This document shows, piece after piece, positions 37,888-48,286 of a stretch of DNA of 64,000 nt (positions are counted from its first letter, which is position 1; each line of letters starts with the position of its first letter). Source of the stretch: a virus; IMG/VR virus record IMGVR_UViG_3300037247_001239, positions 1 through 64,000 of that record, one strand, 5' to 3'. The notes beneath the pieces are model-generated. The model saw only the letters and a program-made list of their open reading frames with translations, ran no database searches and was not told where the DNA came from. A program made the translations under genes and the position numbers.

Positions 37888-38373
37888 TCAATCTTTCCCG
37901 GAGGCCCGCCGCCGATGCGACTGCTCCAGGTCCGCGCGTTCTTGTGTGCTGACCTGTTGGCCGGCCAACTCCTTATCGACCGACTCCTGCACGACGTCGT
38001 CGGCCACCTCGTAGGGTTCGTCCCACGGGTCGGGTGTATCGACGGGCCGGGCCCTGACCTTCACAGCCCCGTCGCAACTGTAGCCTCCCTGCTCGCAGGC
38101 CCGCCTCGCGTCCGCGGTCGTGTCCATCCACGCCTTGGGGTCGCCCAGGCTGTCGGCAAGCTGCGAAATGTAGCGGCCCGAGGGGGTCACACCCGCGGCG
38201 GCTGCCCTTCGATACGCTATCTGGCGGCTCATCTCGTCGCTGCCGAACCCATCGTCGTCGTGTGTACCCTTGAGAAACTGCGAGTCCGTGCCCTGGATGG
38301 CTGGTATCGGTATCGTTCCCCGCAGTTCGCGGCGGCGTTTGGCACGATATTGTTTTTGTTCGACGGTAGCCAT
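37888..38373 (-). CDS. Hypothetical protein downstream of the portal
   Basis: SD GAGG; DPKAW...CE..G..C.GAV motif. Confidence 0.55.
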   Translation of the reverse strand: MATVEQKQYRAKRRRELRGTIPIPAIQGTDSQFLKGTHDDDGFGSDEMSRQIAYRRAAAAGVTPSGRYISQLADSLGDPKAWMDTTADARRACEQGGYSCDGAVKVRARPVDTPDPWDEPYEVADDVVQESVDKELAGQQVSTQERADLEQSHRRRASGKD

Positions 38374-38381
38374 GGTTTACC

Positions 38382-40355
38382 TCACATCGGCTGGGGCGCC
38401 GGCTGCTGTCCGGGTTGTGGCGGACCGGGCGCTGGCTGCTGGCCCGGCATCTGCGGTTGCATCGGCGGCGGGGCCAGCATCATGTCGTCCAACCGCATCC
38501 CGTAGGCATCGCCCAGGAACCGCACCAAGGCGTTCCAGGGCGCCGGGTTTATGGCAACGTACTGAAGCAGCGTCGGCCCCAGCGCCTGCATCAACATCTC
38601 GGCGTTGGCCGTCATCGTCTGCTTATTTCGCCGCTGGGCCGTGCCCGCCTCGATCCGGTAGGAGAGTTCCGCGGCGGCCACCTCTGGCGGCGCGTTGACC
38701 AACTGCTGCCACGCCTGGGTGAACGGACCGGGCTGAGCCCCCAACACGGTCTCCTGCTGCTGTTCGCCGAACAGTGGGGCCACCACCTCGCCAGGGACCA
38801 GCACCCGGGTCGCGAACCCCTCGGCTCTGGCCAACCTTGACTGCCAGTCCTCGGCACACTCCGACATATCCTCCGGCCGGTTCATACTGTGGCCCTGGCG
38901 AATCTGGGCCTCGGAGGCCGAACGAATCTGGGTGCCACCCTGGGCACCCTGCAACAGGGATGTCATGCCAGTAGATTTCTCAAACGCCAACTCGACCATC
39001 TGGACTACTTTCAATAGGTCCGCGTGGAGTTGCTTGAACTCCACTTGGGCGAACTTCTTTTGAAGGTCTTCGGCGACGTGGCCCTTGACTTGGATGATCT
39101 GCAGATCGACGCCACTCTTCAGCCAATTGGTAAAGTCCTCTTCCAGTCCCGCGTCACAGACCAGCCCCAACTTACAGGCAGCCCGCACCCGGCCCATCAT
39201 AAAGCTATAGGTTCGGTCGATGAATTCCTGTAACGGCAACGCCGCCTTGATGGGACTCTGGGCCCAACACGAATCGGTGTCGGGATAGAAATCGCAGACC
39301 ACGAACGGCCAGGGATTGGACTGTTCTTGATGGAAGGGGATGGGCCACTCCAGGCGGGCCTTGATCTCGGCGTCGGTCGCAGTCTCCATGACCTCCGGCG
39401 GAAGGTTGGCCGGGTACGGCAGGCCCGGTACGATCACCAGCCAACAGTTGTGGCCCAGCGACTCGACTATCTGGGCCAGCCGGCCCACACCGCTGTCCAG
39501 TTCGCGCAGGGCGTCGTCGCCACCCAGGAGCTTCTGTCCCAGCCCCAGGCCACGGGTCCACATGATGTCGTACTCGGCTACATCACCCTGGCGATCGTCG
39601 CCCGTTCGCCCATCGTCCGCTACCGGTGGTTCCCCCTCTTCCTGTCCCGCCTGGTTCTGGTAGGAATGGATGCGGCCCTGCAGCTCCTTGCGGGGCAGGC
39701 CATACTGTTCGGCCAGCCGCCACACGCTGCTACGGCGGTGTCGGCTGCACCAGCCCGCCTCGTTCAGGCGGTCGGCGTCGGGGTCGATGTTCAGGTCGTT
39801 CACGCTGCCGTACATGGCCGCGGGGATCAGCCCGCCCGTACTGCCCGGGACCATCTCGATCCACTGCACACCGCGGCCCTTGACCAGGGCCTCGATCAGA
39901 CTGCGGCGGCACTCGCCCCGGTAGTCGTACTCGGTGGGCGTGTAGTTCAGCCACCACTGCATCAGCCAGGCCCGGGTGCGGTCCTGGATGGCCAGCGGCC
40001 CCGGTGGCATCGGTTGCCCCGGCGGCATCCCGAACATCTCCGGCGGCGGATCGTGCCTCGACGGCTCCACCTGCCGGTGTGGCACCTGGTGGAACACGAA
40101 CGGCAGGAACGTGGCCACGTAGTCGAACGTCAGGTTGCGGCGGATCTTGTAGATCGGCTCCTGCAGCTCCGGATACTCTTCCCCATCCACCGGCAGCGGC
40201 GGTTTATACAGGTCCCCGTAGTCTGCCCCCAAGAAATCCCAGCAGCGCGCAGCCATCTTCCCGAACCGGCGGTGCTTGACCTCGGCCGCGACGTTCAGTT
40301 GTCGCCGCCAGAGGCCCACGATACTGCTCAGGATGTCCCTAGGACTAGACGGCAT
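38382..40355 (-). CDS. Portal protein
   Basis: 657 aa, two genes after TerL; EALVKGRG, IDPDA, TGMTSLLQG...SASEAQIR and a Q/P tail typical of podovirus portals. Confidence 0.75.
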   Translation of the reverse strand: MPSSPRDILSSIVGLWRRQLNVAAEVKHRRFGKMAARCWDFLGADYGDLYKPPLPVDGEEYPELQEPIYKIRRNLTFDYVATFLPFVFHQVPHRQVEPSRHDPPPEMFGMPPGQPMPPGPLAIQDRTRAWLMQWWLNYTPTEYDYRGECRRSLIEALVKGRGVQWIEMVPGSTGGLIPAAMYGSVNDLNIDPDADRLNEAGWCSRHRRSSVWRLAEQYGLPRKELQGRIHSYQNQAGQEEGEPPVADDGRTGDDRQGDVAEYDIMWTRGLGLGQKLLGGDDALRELDSGVGRLAQIVESLGHNCWLVIVPGLPYPANLPPEVMETATDAEIKARLEWPIPFHQEQSNPWPFVVCDFYPDTDSCWAQSPIKAALPLQEFIDRTYSFMMGRVRAACKLGLVCDAGLEEDFTNWLKSGVDLQIIQVKGHVAEDLQKKFAQVEFKQLHADLLKVVQMVELAFEKSTGMTSLLQGAQGGTQIRSASEAQIRQGHSMNRPEDMSECAEDWQSRLARAEGFATRVLVPGEVVAPLFGEQQQETVLGAQPGPFTQAWQQLVNAPPEVAAAELSYRIEAGTAQRRNKQTMTANAEMLMQALGPTLLQYVAINPAPWNALVRFLGDAYGMRLDDMMLAPPPMQPQMPGQQPAPGPPQPGQQPAPQPM

Positions 40356-40815
40356 CGCCGGCCTCTACCGGGGTTTGTTTGGGGGGCCGTCCTCTGCGAG
40401 GCTTGGTGGGCTCGGAGCTTGGGAGGACAGTTTCCGACGGGGCGTTGCCCCCCGGCGGAACATGCACGTCGGCCAACAGCCGGGCGAACTCCGCACAAGC
40501 GGCCACCGCCTCCTGCGACTGCTTCACGGCCAGGCGAACCTTTTCTTCCGAGTCGGCCAGCTTGTACAGACCGTAGTGATCGTTCTCGAAGAGCGTCGGC
40601 TTCCTGCCACCGGGGTCATCGACATGCCGGCACATCGTCCAGCACTGGGGGAGGCCCCGTCTGAACGTGACGATGTCACACGTCTGGCCCGACACCTCCA
40701 CTACAAAGCCCATCATCCTGCGCGAGGTCTCCATCTGTGCCGGGTGCCTGACAAAGTAAACCCGGTCTCCTTGTTCCATCTGGGGGCCCTTCCACCCTTG
40801 TTTTTCTTCATTCAT
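40345..40815 (-). CDS. Hypothetical protein
   Basis: SD AGGAG; AT-hook-like RRGRPPK. Confidence 0.55.
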   Translation of the reverse strand: MNEEKQGWKGPQMEQGDRVYFVRHPAQMETSRRMMGFVVEVSGQTCDIVTFRRGLPQCWTMCRHVDDPGGRKPTLFENDHYGLYKLADSEEKVRLAVKQSQEAVAACAEFARLLADVHVPPGGNAPSETVLPSSEPTKPRRGRPPKQTPVEAGDAV

Positions 40816-40840
40816 CACGATACTCCTACTGGTATGGCGG

Positions 40841-42508
40841 CTACACGACGGCTGGCTGCCGTCTCCTGCGACTGGCGTTCTTTTGCTTCTTCTCCCACAT
40901 CCGTTCGGCGGCGGTCTGGGTCTTGACGGGGATCTGTTCGGGACGCTGGTAGCGGGGCGCGACCGATGCCCCGTACTCCAGGGCCTCAATCAGGTCGGAC
41001 AACCGCAGCTTGACCCGCTTGTCGGGCCGCTTGCGATCGTAGTACGCCTCCTGGATTTCCTTATGCAGTTCGGGGCAGATGTTCTTGAAAACCCGCAGCT
41101 TGGCACTGCCCTCAAACGGCCCGCACTCCCGTACCCGCATCCAGTCCAGCAGGGCCTCTTCGCGGAACATGATGTCATCGCTGCCGGCAAAGAACCCGGC
41201 CAGCGGCCCCATCACCCGCGGTTCGACGCCATGGTCTTTCAGCGCCTGCCAATACTGTTCGGCCACGCTGCGGTCGTCCTGTCCGGCCCGCCCTTGGCGG
41301 CCGAATCGCTTGTCGATCACCATCGCCTCGAACTTCCAGTCGCCTTGCCGCTCGGCCACCAACTCCGCCCAGCGGTTGGCATTGGCATTCTTCAGTGGGA
41401 AGGCGTCGTAGATCCAGATATGTTTCTCGTCCGGATCAATGGCCGCGAAGATGGTACCCGCCCGCTGGCGGCCCGGGTCCAGGAACACGTACCGCGCCCA
41501 GTCCTCCGGAATATCAAACGGTTCGCACCCGTGTTCACCCTCCGGGCGGTAGCACGAATAGACCCGGCGGCCAAACAGCGAGAACCGACCGTAGAACTTG
41601 ACCTCCAGGTCTTCCTCGGTCGTCAGGCTACGGCGAAACTCTTCCTTGGCCTCCGGCGAAAGGAACGGGTTGTCGGAAATCTGGACCTCAAACGACTCAA
41701 TGTTCTGCGTGGAGTCGGCGGCCCGCTCGTAGAGTTCGGCCAGTTGGGGCGTCGACACGTCGGGCGTGGCCGACCAGATCCCCACCCCTTCGCGGTCGAC
41801 CAGCCGGGCGTTGCTCTCGGCGTAGAACGCCAGGTTGTCGAATTCCTCGTCGAACCAGACTATATCGAGCTGGATGCCCCGCGGCGGGTCGGAACCGCCA
41901 CTGCGAAACCACATCTCCCAGCCGTTAGTCAGCGTTACCATCCGCGGGATGCCCCGCTTGCGTTCCTCCCATGCAATGTTTCGGATCATCCTGGGGGGGA
42001 TCAACGGCTCGCTGGGCCGCCACTCGGCGCGGCGTGCGAGATCGTCCGGGTCGAGCCGCGCGGGGTCATCGGTGCGCGGCCGCAGTGCCCGCAGCTTCCC
42101 GGTCTGCCGGTCCCGGACGGTATTGAACGCACCCGGCCTGCCCAGCAGAGACCAGATCGGGTTGCCCAAATGCTCTACGTCCTTCCCCACGATCAGCACG
42201 CGCCCGTCCCTCTTGCGATACTTGTCGTGTGGGTCCTGGCCGGTCACGGCCCTCGCTATTTCGGCGGCCACGGCCACGCTCTTGCCGGCCCGGTTACTGC
42301 CCACCGCCAGCCGCCAATGGGCTCGGGATCGGTGAAACTCCTCCAGCCCGGGCAATGGACAGTAGGCCAGCAGACCTTCCCGTTGACGTTGGACCAACTG
42401 CACAGCCAGCGCGCGAATCTCGGCCATCTTCAGCCGCCTCAACGGCGAAGGGCTGCGAGGAGGCGGTTTGGGCGTCCCCTCTACCATGCTGGTCCAGTCA
42501 ACCGTCAT
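40841..42508 (-). CDS. terL: Terminase large subunit
   Basis: Walker A GSNRAGKS, Walker B VWFDEE, WSATP, DNPFL, nuclease FLDPG, DLIEALEY. Confidence 0.9.
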   Translation of the reverse strand: MTVDWTSMVEGTPKPPPRSPSPLRRLKMAEIRALAVQLVQRQREGLLAYCPLPGLEEFHRSRAHWRLAVGSNRAGKSVAVAAEIARAVTGQDPHDKYRKRDGRVLIVGKDVEHLGNPIWSLLGRPGAFNTVRDRQTGKLRALRPRTDDPARLDPDDLARRAEWRPSEPLIPPRMIRNIAWEERKRGIPRMVTLTNGWEMWFRSGGSDPPRGIQLDIVWFDEEFDNLAFYAESNARLVDREGVGIWSATPDVSTPQLAELYERAADSTQNIESFEVQISDNPFLSPEAKEEFRRSLTTEEDLEVKFYGRFSLFGRRVYSCYRPEGEHGCEPFDIPEDWARYVFLDPGRQRAGTIFAAIDPDEKHIWIYDAFPLKNANANRWAELVAERQGDWKFEAMVIDKRFGRQGRAGQDDRSVAEQYWQALKDHGVEPRVMGPLAGFFAGSDDIMFREEALLDWMRVRECGPFEGSAKLRVFKNICPELHKEIQEAYYDRKRPDKRVKLRLSDLIEALEYGASVAPRYQRPEQIPVKTQTAAERMWEKKQKNASRRRRQPAVV

Positions 42509-42509
42509 C

Positions 42510-42827
42510 TTAATCTTCGTCTATCTTGAGTAGTTCCCGTATCTTGGCCTTGATCGCCCGTTCAACCTCATCCTTATCCTGGCCTTCACCACCAGAGGCA
42601 TCTGTAACAGTTGCGTGCCCGATGAGCCGCAACACGTTCGTCAACAACCTTTCGCGTGAGGGCGACTTTGCAGGCAATTCGCAGTAGTCGGTGAACAGCA
42701 GCTTGGCTATGCCCTCGTATCCACCAAACTCGCGAATAATGCAGGCCAGCATCGGCCTGATATCACACTCACTTCCCTTGGCCTTTGCGATCCCTTCGAG
42801 CGTTTCGTCCGGTTGGAGTTGCGTCAT
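42510..42827 (-). CDS. Hypothetical protein (possible terminase small subunit)
   Basis: Helical ORF immediately upstream of terL; position only. Confidence 0.35.
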   Translation of the reverse strand: MTQLQPDETLEGIAKAKGSECDIRPMLACIIREFGGYEGIAKLLFTDYCELPAKSPSRERLLTNVLRLIGHATVTDASGGEGQDKDEVERAIKAKIRELLKIDED

Positions 42828-43186
42828 GCCCGGTCCCCTCCGAACACCATCTCCGGCTCAGGTGACTGCACCGACCGGATGTTGCGGCACAGCACCACCA
42901 TCCGCCGCCGGGCGCCCCGCCCGCCGTTGTTCCACTCGTAGTGTTTCAGTTCACCCTCCAGCACCACGTTGCATCCCTTCCGCCAGCGGGCTATCTCCTG
43001 GGCCTGTTGGCCCACGAACCGTACGGGCAGGTTGCCGTCCCCCGCCCAGACCTCCGCCTCGCAGAAGTGCCCTTGGCCCGGCTTGATCTGCTTCAATACC
43101 GGTGTGGTCTCCAGCCGCCCGGTGAGTCTCACGAACGCTTGGGCTCGTTGATCTTCGGGTAGGGCATCCGGTCTACGCTCAGCCAT
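42824..43186 (-). CDS. SSB/PriB-like OB-fold protein
   Basis: VRLTGRL..TP...GQQAQ.....RKG..VVLEGEL..YEW. Confidence 0.65.
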   Translation of the reverse strand: MAERRPDALPEDQRAQAFVRLTGRLETTPVLKQIKPGQGHFCEAEVWAGDGNLPVRFVGQQAQEIARWRKGCNVVLEGELKHYEWNNGGRGARRRMVVLCRNIRSVQSPEPEMVFGGDRA

Positions 43187-43467
43187 CGCTGTCCCTCGCA
43201 TTTCTCACACCCGTAACGGCTGCCGACACACTCGCACTGCCCGAACGGCGCGCCGTGGAGGACCAGCACGCGGGCCGCCTCCAGGTGACGCACTGCCCGC
43301 CGAACGTCGACGTGGTGGCAGTAGGGCAGGTTGCCGATTTCTGCCAGGTCATTACGAATCGCCTCCAGTCCCTTGGCCAGCCTCACCAGGTGGCGACGGC
43401 CCGCAAACGTTTTGGACAAATGCCACGGGACCAACCGGCCCGTAGCGTCGTACTCACGCCGGTCCAT
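43129..43467 (-). CDS. Hypothetical Zn-binding protein
   Basis: CEC...GCEKCEGQRWLS. Confidence 0.5.
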   Translation of the reverse strand: MDRREYDATGRLVPWHLSKTFAGRRHLVRLAKGLEAIRNDLAEIGNLPYCHHVDVRRAVRHLEAARVLVLHGAPFGQCECVGSRYGCEKCEGQRWLSVDRMPYPKINEPKRS

Positions 43468-44227
43468 CTCGCAACACCGGGATCGAGGGATCGGGCGACA
43501 TCGGTTCCTCGAACCGAGCTTCGCCCGGCTGTTGAAAACCGGGTCGCTCCACGCACTGGCTTTGCCAATGCCCAGCCCAGGTGTCGAAACTCACGTAGAT
43601 CGGTATCCCGGCCGCCCGACACCGCAGCGAAAACTCCACGTCGCTGCTGTGCCGCAGGTCGTCCTCCCGGGGCGAGGTAAACGTATCCTTGAAGTACGGT
43701 TCCTTGAGTCGCTTGAAGATCGAGGTGTCCATCAGCATCGAACCGGCCCCCACCGCCTCCACGCTGGCGAACCCCCGTTGCTGCTGGGCCAGTTCGCGGC
43801 TCAGGCGCGTCAGCGAGCCCTTGGGCGTCTTGACAAAAATGTGGATCGGGTGCCCCGGCGCGCCGCCGCAATAGGGCACGGCCACGATCGAGCCGGGATG
43901 TGCCTTGATGAACGGCCACGCCTCGTGCCACCACGCCTTGGTCCCCTCGGCCGGCATCCCTTCCGGGTTCCACTTCACGTAGCGGTCCAGCGCCATGTCC
44001 GGGTCCAGCCAGAGGATGTGCGTACACTCGTGCCTCAGCGCGAAGCTCACGCAGTTGTTGCGGCACATCGCTACGCGGTGGTTGGTGATGTTGAATGACA
44101 GCACCTCTGTCAGTTCGGGGCTGACTCGTGGAAGGGTGAACCCAAAGTGAAACAGCCAGGTCCCCATGTCGGCGGCCTCCAGGTTCCATCCCGTAGGCCG
44201 GGCAATACACAGTCTGTAACGCTCCAT
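43454..44227 (-). CDS. GT-A fold glycosyltransferase-like protein
   Basis: CRNNCV..A....THILWLDPDM, VGAGSMLM...F..L..PYF, SDVEFS..C..AG..IYV. Confidence 0.7.
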   Translation of the reverse strand: MERYRLCIARPTGWNLEAADMGTWLFHFGFTLPRVSPELTEVLSFNITNHRVAMCRNNCVSFALRHECTHILWLDPDMALDRYVKWNPEGMPAEGTKAWWHEAWPFIKAHPGSIVAVPYCGGAPGHPIHIFVKTPKGSLTRLSRELAQQQRGFASVEAVGAGSMLMDTSIFKRLKEPYFKDTFTSPREDDLRHSSDVEFSLRCRAAGIPIYVSFDTWAGHWQSQCVERPGFQQPGEARFEEPMSPDPSIPVLRDGPA

Positions 44228-44319
44228 GGCTGGCGCGTCCTTTCGTTCTGTTGGCTGGTGTTGTTGGCTGGTGTAAAAGTCGCCCCCCCGGTACCGGAGT
44301 ACCGGGGGAGCGCAGTGGT

Positions 44320-44868
44320 TTAAGCGTGGTGCGAGACCACGGACAGCCCGCGGGTCACACGGATAATCATGTTGGTTGCGGATGCCCCGGCCGTGGTAAC
44401 AGCCGTACCGACCACAACGTCCCCGGCAGCAGCGCGGTACGCTTTCCCCGACGCTCCTGCCTGGATAGCCATCCCGGCGGTGAACGAGGTGCTGGTCTTC
44501 AACACCCGGCACAGGCCCTCTTCGACGACAAAACAGACATCGTTGTCAACAATGCTGCTGAGTCCCGAGATTCTGTTGTAGTCGTCCAGCGGCTTGCCCA
44601 GCTCACCGTCGCCGGTAGCCACGCCGTCGATCTTGGCCCCCCACTCGTCCTTGGTTGCACTCTGGAACGAGTAGAACTTCAGCGCGGGCGTGATGGCCGA
44701 CCCCTTGGCGTTCTGCACCGCCCGGAGCGTAACCCGCCCTCCCCCGCCGTGCAGTACATCGGGCACCTCGAAGGTCTGCCCGATAATCTCCTTGGCCGCG
44801 TCATCAACCGGGGTGGTCACCTCCGCGAAGAGGGTCGAGCCCCGCTGAAACGGCAAAATTCTATTCAT
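44320..44868 (-). CDS. Capsid decoration/cement protein
   Basis: Directly after the major capsid gene; VVEEGLC.V, beta-tulip-like AG..VVG.A pattern. Confidence 0.6.
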   Translation of the reverse strand: MNRILPFQRGSTLFAEVTTPVDDAAKEIIGQTFEVPDVLHGGGGRVTLRAVQNAKGSAITPALKFYSFQSATKDEWGAKIDGVATGDGELGKPLDDYNRISGLSSIVDNDVCFVVEEGLCRVLKTSTSFTAGMAIQAGASGKAYRAAAGDVVVGTAVTTAGASATNMIIRVTRGLSVVSHHA

Positions 44869-44880
44869 CTTGACCCTCCT

Positions 44881-45981
44881 TTACGCACTGTTGTTGAGTT
44901 TGGCGAAGAACGCGGGCGAGTCGTAGCGCATCTGACCGTAGAAGTCGATCAAGATCTTCTGTGCCCCGCCGTAGTCGATATCGAAGTCTTTGGTGATGTC
45001 CCAAAGGGTCTTCTGCATCGAGAGAAGCTCCATGTTCTTCCACGAGAGGCCGTAACAGGCCCGCGGGGTGCAGCCAAATTCCGCCATAAATGCAATTCCG
45101 TCTATTCGTATGTGACGAAATCCCAACTTGACGAGATCCTGGTCCTGGTCACCCACCACCATCCGTTCCTTCTCCTCCAGGGAGGTCAGCGCCTCCTCGT
45201 AAGAGATCGGGTCGGTCAGCCAGAGGTCGGGCGTGACCCCGTGCATCGCCTCCATGAAGGTGCGGGCTTTTCTCTGGGCCTCCCGCCAGGTGTTGATCCA
45301 GGTCTTGGTCGTGGCCGTGAGCTTGGTTGCCTTGTAATTGACCACCATCGGGTGCCAGAAATGGTAAGCAAGGTCTGGCGTACCCATGGGATACGTGTCA
45401 GTGGAGGTGGCGTTGTTGGCCGCACCCCCGTAGGTTCCCAAGTCCATGGTCAGGTTGGCGTAGGTACCAGTGACGCTCGCGTGCCAAGTGTTGGAGTCGA
45501 TCACTGTACTGGAGGTCTGGAACAACGTCTCCAGCCCGTCCAGGCCGTCCGAGTTGGACGAGTCCTGGGAGTTGTTGTAGATTTCGGTCCGCGCGAAATA
45601 CTCCTGGCAGTTCTCCTGGACCTTCTCCACCACGGTGGCGAGCAGTTTGTACCGGGCGGTCTTGTCGCCCTGGAACATCAACTTCTCGCCCTTGGAAATC
45701 AACTCGCCCTTGTTCAGGGTCGAGTAGCCCGCCGAGGCTTTCTTGTGGCGGTTGACCCTCACGAACGACGCCGGCTCCAGGTCACCGGACCGGGAAGGCG
45801 GATCGCGTTGGTAGACCGTCAACCAATCGAAGTCGGCGGCGCTTGCGCCGTACTTGATGCGGCCATTCTTGCGAAGCATCGCTGGAATGACCGTCTTGCG
45901 CATCCCCACCTCGGTAATCTTCTGGAGGTGATCGGTGATAACACCGATTGCGGGACGACTCCATGCTACTAAACCAGCCAT
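44881..45981 (-). CDS. Major capsid protein
   Basis: 366 aa between scaffold and cement genes; ISKGEKL...G......LL...V....E......EIY.......GLDGL..LF pattern of HK97-fold coats. Confidence 0.8.
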   Translation of the reverse strand: MAGLVAWSRPAIGVITDHLQKITEVGMRKTVIPAMLRKNGRIKYGASAADFDWLTVYQRDPPSRSGDLEPASFVRVNRHKKASAGYSTLNKGELISKGEKLMFQGDKTARYKLLATVVEKVQENCQEYFARTEIYNNSQDSSNSDGLDGLETLFQTSSTVIDSNTWHASVTGTYANLTMDLGTYGGAANNATSTDTYPMGTPDLAYHFWHPMVVNYKATKLTATTKTWINTWREAQRKARTFMEAMHGVTPDLWLTDPISYEEALTSLEEKERMVVGDQDQDLVKLGFRHIRIDGIAFMAEFGCTPRACYGLSWKNMELLSMQKTLWDITKDFDIDYGGAQKILIDFYGQMRYDSPAFFAKLNNSA

Positions 45982-46172
45982 TAGCTGCTCCTTAGCAGTT
46001 GTTTTTCAGTGTCGTGTGACAATTCATGGCGGTGGGGCGGCATGGCTGGCGACGGGTGGGGTGGGGTCTGTGGCTTATAAGCGGCGACCACGGACGGGCT
46101 CCCGATGGGGAGGTGTCCGTCCGCGGTCGCCTAACACCAGCCGCCCCCACCCGGTCGGCTGGTGCTTTTGAT

Positions 46173-47279
46173 CTATCCCAGTTGTCCTTGTGTGGCTTCT
46201 CGCTGTGCGGCAAGTTTTGCTAGGTGTTCACCCATACCGCCCGGCGTGCCACCCCATTTTTCCAGGTCCGCCCGGTACTCCGCCTCGGGGTCGCCGGCGA
46301 CCGGCGCGGCCACGGCCGGTTGGTGGACGGCGGCGGGCTTCACTGCTTGCGTTGACTGGGCCGGCTGGGCCTGCTGTTGCTGGATCCGCCGCTCCATCAA
46401 TATCAGCCGGGCATGACTGAATGCGTTGACTCGGTTGGGCGCAGCCTGCATCCCCATGGCCTGTTGTTGTGCGGCTTCCGCCTGCATGATCTGTCCCGCG
46501 ATCTCCATCCACTCCGCACCGTCGGGGGTCACGTTGTTGGGGTCCTGACGGTTGGCCTGTGGGTTGCGAAATGCCCAAGATGCGTTGGCCTCCACAATCT
46601 GGCCGATCGCCGCGGCCTCCTGCTGCTGGGCCGTCTGTTGCTGATTGATCTGTTGAACTACAGGCGCGGAGAGTTGCTGCACCGGCTCGGCCAGCGCCTC
46701 GTTGCGGTGGTAGGCGAAGTCGTAGGCCGCCCGTTGGATCTTTTGGGTGGCATCTTCCAGGCTGCGCTTCACGTCCGGCGGGGCGTTCTCGCCTTCGCGG
46801 GCCACGATGTCTTGCCAGCGGCGGATGTCATCCCACTCGGGCGACTGCTGCGCGGTCGGCTGTGGCTGCTGGACTTGCTGGCGTTGCTGCATGAACTCCC
46901 GGAAAGCGGGCTCGTGCCCTCTCACCGAGCGGCCGTACTCGGCGTCGGCGTCGCGGCGGCCTACCAGGCGGTAGGCTTCAACCAGGCCGGTGATCGTGGC
47001 GTTATCGCCGGTGTACTTCTCGCCGAGCTTCTCGCCCCAGCCCTCGTCGATGAATCGAGTCAGCTTCAGGGCCTCGTCATCGGTGGCTGTGGGCTCGCCG
47101 TCAGTCGGTCCGGCAGCGGTGGGCTGGACTGGCTGAGGTTCTGCGGGTGGCGCGGCGGGCTCGACCGGTGGGGCGGCGGGCGGAGTCTCGGGCGGAGTCT
47201 CGGGCGGCGAGGCCGGGGCCTCGGCGGCCACGAGCGCGGCCACCAGATCGGGAGATGCGGTAGTTGGATCCTCGGACAT
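46173..47279 (-). CDS. Capsid scaffolding-like protein
   Basis: Acidic Pro-rich N-terminus, Q-rich coiled coil; upstream of the capsid gene. Confidence 0.6.
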   Translation of the reverse strand: MSEDPTTASPDLVAALVAAEAPASPPETPPETPPAAPPVEPAAPPAEPQPVQPTAAGPTDGEPTATDDEALKLTRFIDEGWGEKLGEKYTGDNATITGLVEAYRLVGRRDADAEYGRSVRGHEPAFREFMQQRQQVQQPQPTAQQSPEWDDIRRWQDIVAREGENAPPDVKRSLEDATQKIQRAAYDFAYHRNEALAEPVQQLSAPVVQQINQQQTAQQQEAAAIGQIVEANASWAFRNPQANRQDPNNVTPDGAEWMEIAGQIMQAEAAQQQAMGMQAAPNRVNAFSHARLILMERRIQQQQAQPAQSTQAVKPAAVHQPAVAAPVAGDPEAEYRADLEKWGGTPGGMGEHLAKLAAQREATQGQLG

Positions 47280-47416
47280 ATCGTCCCCCATGTACCAAGG
47301 GCTGCTGGTCATGGTGGGGGACTCAGCGGAGCGGCGCGGCTATGCCACTCCGCCGCCAGTGTAGCGGACACTGGAGAGTAGTGCAATACCCCTGCCCAGG
47401 TTTTCTGGAAAACTGG

Positions 47417-48286
47417 CTAGGGGACTATTTGCCAGTTCTTTTGGGTGGCCTGAGTGGCCAGGGGGGATGGGGTTTGAGGGGGTGAGTCAGCTGGCCCGCA
47501 CTCGTAGATGGTCTTGATGGCGGGGTCGGCGTAGTGCATCTCTGCCAGCTTGACTGCCTGCTCGTGCTTGCCGGGTGTCGCCGTGCCCCCTAAGTTCCAT
47601 TTATCAATCAACTTACGTCGATTCTCTTCCCACACCCGGGCGTTCTCCGGCTGGGTCGCGGGGTCGACGGTGGCGTGGCGGGTGTGCTGAATGGGGATGT
47701 CTACCTGGCGGATAGTGCCAGGGTTGAGCGATTCCACGGTCAACCCCAGATCCATATCCTCGCAGAGCTGGGGGGCATATTGAGGATCGAAAAGCCAAAG
47801 TAGTGAATAGCACGGATTGCTCACCCGCCGGAAGTCGAGCTGCACCATCAAACACCACCCCTCGATATAGGGGGGGTCGTTGGGGCCGCCCCAGCAGCCG
47901 TCGGACCCCACTGTCGTGAGGCTCGGCCCCACCAGCTTGGCGCCGGCGTCCAGGGCCGCCACCAGCGGTTCGGCCCACCGCCCCTGAATCACCACGTCGT
48001 CGTTCAGCACGGCCACGCAGTCGTCAGTCTCGGCCTCCAGCACCCGCCAGCCGAGGTTGCAGGCCGGCGTGTAGCCGATCTTCTCGCCCACGTCGATGAT
48101 GGTCACCCGCCAGCCGTTGTCCCGCAGGCACAGCGCCTGGGGTACCACGGCAGCGTGCCGCCAGTCCTCGTGATGGTTCACCACCAGTACCAGGTGGCAG
48201 GGTTCGGTGTGCTCGGCCAGCGAGGCCAGCATGTTTTTCAGTAGCGGCTGGGCGCCACAGGTGGGAACGATGATGTGGACTGCCAT
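47417..48286 (-). CDS. GT2 glycosyltransferase
   Basis: HIIVPT, GYTPACNLG, VLNDDV, IEGWCL, CEDMDLG. Confidence 0.85.
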   Translation of the reverse strand: MAVHIIVPTCGAQPLLKNMLASLAEHTEPCHLVLVVNHHEDWRHAAVVPQALCLRDNGWRVTIIDVGEKIGYTPACNLGWRVLEAETDDCVAVLNDDVVIQGRWAEPLVAALDAGAKLVGPSLTTVGSDGCWGGPNDPPYIEGWCLMVQLDFRRVSNPCYSLLWLFDPQYAPQLCEDMDLGLTVESLNPGTIRQVDIPIQHTRHATVDPATQPENARVWEENRRKLIDKWNLGGTATPGKHEQAVKLAEMHYADPAIKTIYECGPADSPPQTPSPLATQATQKNWQIVP